Below, one piece after another: positions 54,503 to 64,000 of a stretch of DNA of 64,000 nt. Below the pieces are notes generated by a model. It was not told where the DNA came from. It did no database searches and saw only the letters and a list, made by a program, of their open reading frames with translations. The position numbers and the translations under genes are program-made. Origin of the DNA: Neophaeotheca triangularis (taxonomy: Eukaryota); contig BAAIJX010000045.1 in the NCBI GenBank assembly GCA_054600435.1, forward strand, positions 62,001-126,000, given 5' to 3'. Numbering within the stretch: the stretch's first letter is position 1; each line of letters begins with the position of its first letter.

Positions 54503-57180
54503 ATGAGGTAACTGACATAGCGGCGAACAACCTCTAACCTCATCATCTATAACGACAATTATATTGACATTTACGCGAAAGTTACGCTTGGGGAGCCGGA
54601 CGTGTGCCCACAGCACCACGAGGACACAACACATATGCGCGCGGTCCGCAACCTCCACACAGAACACGTCCACGAAACCGCAACTACACAATGAATCAGC
54701 AACCGTACCCAGGGCAGTACAACAATTATGGAGGCTACGCTCCAAGCATGGGCGGTCCGCCAGGCATGGGTGGACCTCTAGGTATGGGTGGGCCTCCAGG
54801 CATGGGTGCCCTTCCTGGCATGAACGCACCTCCAGGCATGAGCGGTTCCCCCAGCATAAGTGGCCCTCCCGGCATGAGCGGCCCTCCCGGCATGAGCGGT
54901 CCACCAGGTATGCGCGGACCGCCAGGCATGCCCTCCGCTTCGCCAGCTCCCGGCACGAACAACGCGCAGACCGTTCCGACCATCCCAGGCATCGATTGGA
55001 GTGCATCAACGCTTCGCTTCAATGTAGGAGGTGCTGACAAGGCGGATGAAGCTGGAACGGCAGATCGTACTGCAGGAGGTGCAGAAAGGCGTGGTGGGGA
55101 CAGAGACCAAGGACCTGGCAGGGGTAGGGCAGGAGCAGAAGGAGGCAGGGGCATGGATCGCATACCTCGCGAGACGTTACAGCCACCTGGAAGAGCTGAA
55201 ATTGCGAGGACTGTTTTCATCGGTGGCCTTAGTGCTGACATGCCCAACGACGAGCAGCTTGAGGAGGTTCTGAGATGCGTTGGCAGGTTGCGTGCCTGGT
55301 ATAGGGTCACAGACACGAACAGCAGGCCACAGGATTTCGGATTCGCGGAGTTTGAGGACGTAGAGAGCTTAGAGGCAGCCAGCAGAGTGCTACCAGATAT
55401 CGAGCTTCCAGTGGTCAAGGGCAAGCACACTCTCACGACCACGGAAGACGGCGACGCAAAGTCAAGCTACAAGAAGATCAAGGTGGTTGTGGATCCCGCA
55501 AGCGAAGCTTACATTGAGGAGTGGAAGCCTGGTCGCCACGAGAGCGATGATGCCCGTGAGTTCCGACTGAATGCCGTTCGCGAGGAAGTTCTGCAAGCCA
55601 CCTCCAAGCTTGCCAACGGAGTGGCTCATGCCGCCAACACCAACGGCGTCGAGCCAGATGCTCAGGACACCAACGGAGACGTTCAGATGCAAGAGGTGGA
55701 TGAAGAAGGTCAAGGCGAGGATGGAGCTGCTGTGATCAATATCAACATTAAACTTGAAGATGAGTTGTCAGATATCCCAGCAGACCAGCGCGCCGGCGTT
55801 GCGGAGGAGATTAAAAACTTCCGCACCGCTTCACTCAGACAGGACGTGGCGCGCGCCAGACAGGAAGAGGCGCGCGAGGAAGCAGAGCGTCGTCGTCATG
55901 ATCAAGAGTCGCGCTTCGGCGGAATTGACGCACTTGCGGGACCCGCAGGCGCGAATGGCGTTCCGATGGGACCACGCAGCAGCACAATCGGTATGCACGG
56001 TGCGCCCTCTGGGCCGAAAGGATTCCGCCAAAACGATCAATCGGCTGCGAACCATGTTAACAACGGTGTAGTTTGGCTCAACATTGGTGCAGGTAGCGAG
56101 CCTGTGCGTGTTGACTTGCGCGCAGACGACGATGCCGACGAGTCCGATGGAGAGCTCGGGCGACAGCGTGAGAGCAAGCAGCAAGACGAGCTGGTGCAAC
56201 AGTACCTCGAACAGGAGCGACGCTGGATCGCTCGTGAGAAAGCTCGTCGTTCTGCCAAAGAGCGCAACCGCGAGGGAGAGGACCGTCTGCAATCCGAGAC
56301 CAAATCACGTAAGGAGAACATGGCCGAGTCCCTTCTCAACCACGATGACAAGAGAGAGGAGGAGAAGGCGCTGCGTGGAAAGCGCGACGCAGAATTGTAC
56401 TTCGCTGACCCCGCCGCCTGGACCCGCGAACGCGCTGTTTTCCGCTCCCGGGAGGCGAAGGAAGACGATCGCGACCGTGCCCAAGAGGAGCGCGAGCGCG
56501 ACCAAGAGCGTCGTGCAGCTGAGGCCGCTAGCAAAGAGGCAGCGGAAAGAGAGGCAGCCAAGCCTGCCCCTATGCAGTTTTCGATGAAACTGGGAGGAAA
56601 CAAGAACGCCGCCGCCGCTGCAGCAGCCGCGGCCAAGCCCGCTCCTGCTCGCATCAACCCCCTGAACCGCTCTGCTGGGGACCTCCTCGACGACGAGGAC
56701 GACGAGCGCGGCGCCCGCAAGCTCCGCCGCCTACCCGCGAACCTCGATGCTGCCACTTACGTCGCCCCCCGCTTCGATGGCGACGCCGCAGTCACTGAAG
56801 ACCCCGTGGAGAAAGAACGCCGCATCGCTGCCCGCACTCTGCTGGCTCAGGAAATCCCCTCGACGGCCCCTGCGTCTCTCCCCGAGCTCTTCGCCTATGA
56901 TATCCCCTGGCGTTTCCTCACCGGCGCCATTGTCGATGAGAAGATCACCCCTTACGTCAAGAAAAACGTCTTGGCCACCATCGGCTTCGAAGACGATTTC
57001 ATCGTCGACCTTGTCATCAACAAAGTCAAGGGCGGTATCAAGGCTGGTGGTCTGGAGGTCAAGACGATATTGGATCCCGTCAAGGAGGTTCTGGAGGATG
57101 AGGCTGAGGCCTTTGTCGGCAAGATCTGGCGTCTGGTCGCTTTCATGGCGGAGGCGGAGAGGAAGAACATCTCCGACTAG
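54503..57180 (+). CDS. SNU71: U1 snRNP component Snu71 / RBM25-like (RRM + PWI)
   Basis: RTVFIGGL..FGFAEF RRM, R/E coiled coil, and C-terminal PWI (IP..ELFAYDIPW..VLEDEAEAFVGKIWR). The start is either the micro-exon ATGAG at 54503 (intron 54508-54581, in frame) or the ATG at 54691. Confidence 0.88.
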
Positions 57181-58941
57181 GTGATGGTCTCGGTGGATGG
57201 TGTGCTGAGAGAGGTTGCCAGGAGGGTGGTTGTTAGGAGGATGGCTATGAGGAGAGTCCGTGGATGCGGTAGCATGTGAAGAAAGAGCATGGGAGAGAGC
57301 ATTGGGGGGAGCTTGTGGTTGCCTGTTGTATAAGAATACCTAGTATCGCAGCAGGAGTGCTTGGTCTGTATAACTCCATAGGCAGACTCGATGACGGAAA
57401 AGATTGACAATGCGCTTGCTTTTGCCTTTGTTGCTGAAATGCATGGGTCCTAGATCCCAGACTGGTAGTACTAACTACCAAAGCCGGAATCTACTTTCTC
57501 AAGGGCCGGGCAGAAATGTCCTCGAAGGGAGTAGAGGTAAGGCTGTTAAGCTATGCACGAAATATTCGACCACCGATCTAATATTAAAGATTGTTTTCTT
57601 AACTTTGATATTGTATGAAATCAGACCCGAGTCACCAACGGGCGGACATCACTCTGAGCTCCCTGGACATGGAACCTCTCGCCATCGCCCAAACCTCACG
57701 CCCTGCCTTCCCGCCAGTTCTTCCCTTAGACCGTTCCGGCGCGTAAAGTTGGCCGCGCTGTTGAGTAACTTCGATCTTTTCATCCAAATCAGTGGAAGAA
57801 TCTCGCGCCGGGAAAGTAGCCAGCTTCTTCGGTGACTGGTAACACTGTCGAACAAGGTGTCGTCGAAAACTTATTCATGCGGTTCAGACACCGCTTCATC
57901 GGCCAACGTCATGTGGGAGGTGACGAGCGATTTTCATCGCCACAATATAGCAATGGGGTGGAATGAAGAGGGCGTTATGATTCACCCTTTGAGCAAGTTT
58001 GACCCTGACACGATCTGGTCGAAACCCCATCGTTACATGCACAGCCAATCTTCAGCATCTACAAAACCACGAAGAGACCAGCGACCAATCCAACAACAAG
58101 CACCGCAGCGGAACTCAGCAGTCTTCGCTGTGGGAGCAACCCCCTCTTCCGCCACAACCAAACAACCTCCCTCATCATCCTCGCCTTCGATGATCTGACG
58201 AACTTTGATGATCTGACGAACTCGAATGCTCCTGACGCCAAACGGCAGCTCATGACACTGCTGGTCGATCTCATCGCAATTCCTTCACTGAAAGTACGGA
58301 AGCTTGTCGGGTTGCTCGCAGTCCTCGACATCATAGAGGATGAAAGCCAACTGGCTCGCATCCTACTCCTCGCCATCCTTACAAAATCATACTCCAGCCG
58401 GCGAGGGCTGTGCACACGGAGACCAAGGATTCCGAGCTATCTGCTTGCTCGCTTCGGGTGAGGATGATTTGAGTCATTTGCTACAGGTTCTCCGCTATGA
58501 TAAAGTATCAGGCGGCGGTTACACTATCCGATCCCATATCCTTGGGAAAACATGTTTCCAGCAGCCAAGGAGTAGTAAGAAGTAGTCCAGCAAGCAAGGA
58601 GTCGAGTCTTGCACTTAAGAGCTAGAGGTGATGTCCCGGGATCTGAGATCGTTGATCCGTAGTCAAGTGAACTATAAAGAGAACTTCAGGAAGACAAAAA
58701 GCCTCATCCAAAACTTCGAGCTCCCATCTCATGTTCTCGCGACCCAATCAGTCCAACCGACAAGGCCGCTTTTATGCTGCACATCGTGATGAGAACGGAA
58801 GTTGCCCAAACCCCAACCCGCATCAACCTCCTAAGCGAACCCGCGCACAGACTCTATCAAAATGCGCACGTCCCCCCCAGCGCCGAATTCCCCCCATACT
58901 AGACACGGCAAAATAAAAATAAAAATCACCACCAACGAAGC

Positions 58942-58953
58942 AAAAAAGCAAAA
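58942..58953 (-). terminator. Pol III T-run terminator of the 5S gene
   Basis: TTTTGCTTTTTT at and directly after the 5S 3' end on the minus strand. Confidence 0.75.
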
Positions 58954-59326
58954 GATACAACAGGTGGGATTCCCACGTGGTCACCCACCGTAGTACTAAT
59001 CACCCGCTTCAGTGCTTGAATATGGCAGAGTAACCGGAAATCTTATTGCGGTATTATCGATAAGAGGCAATTTTCTTATGCTACAGTAGGTAGACAATAA
59101 TATGAATGAAAGAAGTGGAAGGCACTAGAGCAAATACGTGTGACGTGTCTAGTAGGTACCTGAGTACCTGTAGTAGGTACCTATCCCGAAGATGTTCCAT
59201 CTACCGATGTTCCGAGCTTACGGTCCGTGCAAATCCAATGCAAAACGACGGGGATACGAGCGGCTGCGCCGTCGTCTCCCCGTCATTTTGCGGATGCCTT
59301 AGATTCACTGAGCTGTGGTCGTATCT
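58953..59326 (-). pseudogene. Dispersed 5S rRNA gene interrupted by an insertion (5' part 59326-59291, 3' part 59030-58953)
   Basis: 5' part AGATACGACCACAGCTCAGTGAATCTAAGGCATCC; 3' part CTCTGCCATATTCAAGCACTGAAGCGGGTGATTAGTACTACGGTGGGTGACCACGTGGGAATCCCACCTGTTGTATCT. Helices I, II and III pair across the two halves. Confidence 0.92.
59031..59291. mobile_element. ~260-bp non-coding insertion in 5S rDNA with a terminal 52-nt hairpin (putative non-autonomous element or relic)
   Basis: Separates the two 5S halves. An inverted repeat at 59240-59291 abuts the junction, and short internal repeats are present. No meaningful ORF. Confidence 0.6.
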
Positions 59327-59348
59327 GGAAGGTGCAGTTGTATTTGCG

Positions 59349-59356
59349 TTTATATA
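59349..59356 (-). promoter_or_regulatory. TATA element at about -30 to -23 of the 5S gene
   Basis: TATATAAA on the minus strand, at the position typical for dispersed filamentous-fungal 5S genes. Confidence 0.65.
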
Positions 59357-60327
59357 CAACTTAAATAAGAAGGTGCGATGAGGAGATGGCTAACAGCGTG
59401 GACATGTATCAACTAACTTAGCTCAAACTCGCACTCGAGCACTTAGAAGTACCCTTCAGCTGGCTAGCGACCTACGCTCGAAGCACAAATTCCCGCCAAC
59501 CCACAAGCTCTAGCTCGCCGTCAAATAGCCCCTATAATGCAACTCCCCGGACCGTGTGGAAATGCGTTGGCACCTCTTAGCGACCGCTTTCGCCTATGGT
59601 CGAGAGCTTGAAGGCTCGGCTACGGATTGGTTGTCTCCAATTGACGCTCGGATCTGAGAAGGAAGAATGTACAATAAAATATACAGTAAAAACAATACAA
59701 GCATAGCAAAAAAATCCGCTTCGGCTAGCAGCAGCCTACAGCAGCCGGGCAACAACTATTTGCGTTTGACAGCGAGGCGAGGGTACTGCCTAGGAGCAGA
59801 AGCGAGCAGCAGGACCGGCCAGCAGTTCAGCCTCCCAAAACGAACCAAGGCATAAACTCCAAAACTCACCGCACGCACACAACAAGACGAGACACTACCG
59901 AGCAGCCCGCGGTGTCAACTCAACAGCAATACCGAGAGCCAAGTTAGCTCTCTCGAATCAACACACTTCCCTATGGTATATAACGCCACGCCCACGACCT
60001 CGCCGCCCGAGAAAAGGCCCCGACGGTGACTCCAGCCTTAGCTCAGCACGCTCGTCCCTCCCTCCCACCATCATCGAGAACTCATAATCAGCAAGAGAAC
60101 ATCTACAATTCCTCCCTTGGCGGCTCGTAAGTAATCCGTCCTTGGTCTACAGACATCAAGAATTCTTTATTTAGTCTCGGAAACAAGCCACATCCATATG
60201 GCGCTTCTCCTAGAGCCTCGAGAGCGGTTTCCATCGCTCATAAGACATCGTCGTTCGCCCTCCTGTCGTGTAGCATACCCGCTGTCGAACCGTAGCCGTC
60301 GCGCCGTGTTCAGGCGTCCATGGATCT

Positions 60328-63300
60328 TCAACCATACCCGCCATTCAGCCCATTCATATCGCCATTCGGGATACCGAAGAACTATCATTAAAAATATGTT
60401 AGCAACCCACATGCCCCTAAAGCACAGCTCATTCAATCTCAGAAAAAAACTCACCTCAAACCAATCCCCCACATTCAGAGTCGTAGGGACAATAGGCCCA
60501 CCGGTGCTGCCGCTGTGATTACTCCACGCGTCGTCGGGGCGCTGGCCCCCTTGCTGGTGTTGCTGCTGCGCTTGCTGCTGCATTGCTTGCATTTGCGCCC
60601 AAGCTTGCGGGTCCTGTTGGTAGTTCATTTGCGGTTGCGAGGGTTCGTTGGGCATGGCCATGTGTTGTTGGGACATGTTGAAGATGGGTTGTTGCTGCTG
60701 CTGTTGCTGTGGCTGTGGCTGTGAGGGCTGTTGCATGGTGGGGCCGCTGTTGCGGAGGGCCGGGTCGACCATTTGGGAGTTGGGCGATTGGAGGGGAAAG
60801 AGGGTGTTGGCTTCGGGTGGGAAGAGCTGGTCTGGGGCGTAGTTTTGCCAGAGGTCCTGGGAGATGTTGGGGGAGTTGCGGGTGTGAAGGAAGAGGTCTG
60901 GTGGGGTGCCGGGGTAGGAAAAGTTGTTGAAGGGGGTTGTGGGACGGGTGTTGCTGCGAGAGACGCCCATGAAAGCGTCTGTGCTTTGTCGCATAGGCGG
61001 GCTGGAGGTTGAGATATGTGTTGGCAGCTGCTGCTGTTGATGCTGCTGTTGCTGTTGCGCGGCGTGCTCGTTGATGGCGGGAGATTGTGGGCGAGAGCGC
61101 TCGTAAGACATTTGTGGTGCCGGCGGGCCATTGGTGTAGCCCATCTCCATATCGTCAAACTTGCGCTTCTGGGCTTCCGTCGGTTCCATGGGAGTAGAAG
61201 ACTTGTGCTTGTTTCCCGCAGAGTTACCGTTCTGTTTAGTCTTGACGTGGCGTTTGCCGGCAGCCTTTTGAAGTCTCTCCTCGAGGACCTTGTTCCCAAG
61301 AATGGACTCGAAGAGAGTATGCACCATCTTTGCAACGAGCCAAACTCTGCTGACATCCTTCAACGCATTCATACAGGTGGTGAGCCGCTGTTGGGTAGCC
61401 GACACAATCGATTGATTGGACGAGCGCATCTGGTAGACGTGCATAATGAGAGCGGAGAACAAAGAGTACACACTGCGAAAGCCGTTAGTATACCGTCACA
61501 TCTATGCCTTTTGTATTCAACGAAAATGTACTCACATAAACGCCGGGGTGTACCGCAGCTGATCGTGCGTTTGCAACGCCTCGATGATGGAAGTAATCAT
61601 CGCTGCTGCTTGGTAGGCGATAGTCCGTGACGGGTATGCAGTCTCTTCGGGCAAGCCGTTTGCTAGACGTGAGTCTGGAGATCCCGCTGGCGGCATATGG
61701 GCTCGATGGAGAAGACAGAGGGTGGTGCTAGAAATTGTTAGTACCCGCCGGAAGCGCAGGAGGCCGTGAGGACCTACTAGTAGTTCGCGTGCAACAGGGC
61801 AGACCAGAAATGGTGCCGATCCTTCTCCCACATCACCTCCATTGGGCAATTGTTGAGCCAATCAGCCAGCGCCATATCACTATGCGTCAGATCGATGGCG
61901 TTGTTTCGTCGTGATTTGGAAGCGACAGAGTATTGCTGTGATAAGACCAGGCCCATGATTTCGCAAAGCTTCACGTAATGAATGAAAAACTGGACATGGA
62001 TCGGGTCCGCAGGGTACTCGCTCGGCTTGTCGCTCTCGTCGTCCACAAAGTCGTCTTCCGAAACCATTTCGACGTCCGAGTCTTCGATGTTGATGGAAAC
62101 TGGCCTCCCCAGTGCCACGGCCACTGATCGATCCCGCGTGAAGAGTGTCCACCAGATCCGCTTCCACAATCGCTTATCCGCCTTGCTGAGCTGTGAGCCT
62201 TCGACACTGTAAGTTTTCTTAGCAGCTTTCCAATCCTCAATGCATAACCCATACAGCCGGACTAGGGCTCCAAACTCACCTCCTGTGCATGCCAGACCCT
62301 TGCGCAACTATCACAGCCACCCTACTCCAGTAGAATACGTTTTTAGTCACGTCTGCCGCAATGTCAGACCGTGCTTGTGGCGCGAGGTCCAGTCTTTGTG
62401 CATTCTTACCCTCAGGCCCCTCCCAGTACCATCCCATGAGAATCAGAGCCTGGACGATTGTCACCCTGTCGTCTTCGTAATTCGCGTCGTAGAGCGCTTT
62501 GGCACGCTTATAAAAAGTCATGGCAGCCGGTGTCGTGGAGCCGTTGGCGTCCATGAGCTGTGGATTGCTGCAGACTCTGGAGCCGGCGAGCAGTATGGCT
62601 TGCAAAAGAAGCAACGACGGAGGGTTCTTAGAGTCTCGATATCGTCGCATGAATTTGCTGCGGTTGATGACAGGGACAACTGGGGCAATCCATTGGAAAT
62701 AGGCATCTACCAGCTCATCACACAACGCTCGCGGAGGTAGCAGAAACGCTCCTCTTTGGTGCAGAATGTCGATTTCAACGTTGTCGAGCTCGTTGACACG
62801 CGCACGTGCCCCTCTCACATTCTCCGGCAGCGGATAATGCACCACATCAGTAGTACCATGCCTGTCCTGAACCAAGAGCGACAAATTCGAAGATTCACCC
62901 AGATAAGCGACTCGTCCGGCCTCTTTTATAGGAGCACGTGCAAATTTGGGCTTCATGAACTGCGCCCACGTTCCATTTGTAACCTGTTGCTGTGAGGTGT
63001 ACTGATCCGACATGGCAGTCTTGGGCATACCAGCTGGGGAGTTGGCCCCAATCTTCTCTGGAAAGTCACGAGGCATGACGAGGTCCCGTAGAGCGCCCGC
63101 ATCCTTGGAATATGTGTCGCTGCGAACTCCGGGAGAGCGATCCGAGTCTGCATAGTCGGTGCCGCCCCTCTGGCTCTCGGTGTCCTTGTCCTTGTTCTTC
63201 GCGTGTTTCTTCCTCTTGGGCGTGGGGATTTTGCACTCAATGGAAAAGGCAACGCAGTTGGTGCAGGGCACACCAAGGCTTGCGGCATCGCAGCGTACTT

Positions 63301-63567
63301 TACGCGCGTGACACGTCTGTAAGGCGTGTTAGCAAGCCATGTCCATGTATTCTCTCGTCTTTCCTTGTATGCTCAAGGCTTTGGACATACCTCGCACGCT
63401 CTACTGGCTCTCTGCCTCCTAAAGCTGGGATGGCCGGGAATCTGATTGCTCGGCGCGCCGGTGCCAGGAGCAGCTGCCATGTTGCTGTTGTTGCCGTTTC
63501 CGTTGCCAGTCGTTGGCGGAGTCGGGTCGCCAGAGCTCATGGCAGCGATCGGACGTTGGTCGGCCAT
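60328..63567 (-). CDS. farA: Zn2Cys6 transcription factor, cutinase transcription factor 1-alpha / FarA
   Basis: GHPSFRRQRASRACE|TCHARKVRCDAASLGVPCTNCVAFSIEC; RVAYLGESSNL; Fungal_trans region RLWKRIWWTLFTRDRSVAVALGRP; C-terminal LNVGDWFE|FFG. About 6 introns. Confidence 0.92.
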
Positions 63568-64000
63568 GTCCAGCCAGCGCGACGCAGGAATCCCCCGAAC
63601 AACTAACCTACCTACCGCAGGACAACGTCAGACAGGCAGGCTGCCCGGAGCGTGAGTCGGGCTTGGAAGGCAGGTAGTAGCGACAGAGCGTGACGTGCGC
63701 TCGACTCTTTGCAGATGGCTCCAGCCAATGGCCGCCCGGCAGTTTCGTCCTGACGCTTGCTCTCACTATTCTCGCGACTGCGGGGCCCTGTCTGCAACAC
63801 CCGGGCGAAGTTGGGTGAGGTCGAGGGCAGTGACGGGTCCGCGTCGTAACTTTCGGACAGATCACGTACGTCCGAGTGCAAGTTGTGAAGGCTGCGGTGC
63901 GGGTAGCTGGCGTGGGTCTACTGGGGGCGGTAGCGGTAGAAGCCGTTGCGCAATTATGAAGAAGCCAAAATGGAAGCAATTCCAGTTGCGCGCGATGCCC

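Noticed and set aside
59031..59291. 5S insert as a spliceosomal intron or classical MITE
   Set aside because: It does not end in AG on the 5S sense strand, removing it leaves a 5-6 nt deletion, and it has no terminal inverted repeats or TSD.
1..64000. tRNA genes, CRISPR arrays, intact transposase, reverse transcriptase or Starship captain
   Set aside because: No cloverleaf with a T-loop, repeat-spacer array, or RT/DDE/tyrosine-recombinase motifs were seen. Most remaining ORF-track entries are antisense shadows of real genes.

Overview
This is gene-dense DNA from a filamentous ascomycete (Pezizomycotina, probably Dothideomycetes; inferred from gene content and short GT-AG introns with CTRAY branch points). 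About 23 recognisable genes are present: an LtnD-like dehydrogenase, RTA1-like, RanBP1-domain protein, augmin HAUS3-like, TIM21, a Zn2Cys6 protein, DUF6697-like, ROT1, FAU1, SmE, a Mid2-like membrane protein, an SDR, LysM, TENA/THI-4, a C3HC/BIR-like + F-box-like protein, IFA38, SET3, an atypical kinase, ARV1, VMA9, RpiB, MRP21, SNU71 and CTF1-alpha/FarA. The most striking non-coding feature is a dispersed 5S rRNA gene (58953-59326, minus strand) split in loop C by a ~260-bp hairpin-terminated insertion. It may be the relic of a 5S-targeting mobile element. Other oddities are a tandem array of decaying orphan paralogs (42.3-48.2 kb), an 86-aa ORF only 47 nt upstream of rpiB, and a ~1.9-kb intergenic region with no convincing ORF but pseudoknot-like pairing. 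No tRNA, CRISPR array or intact transposase was found. Exon structures were read by eye and family assignments come from remembered motifs, not database searches.
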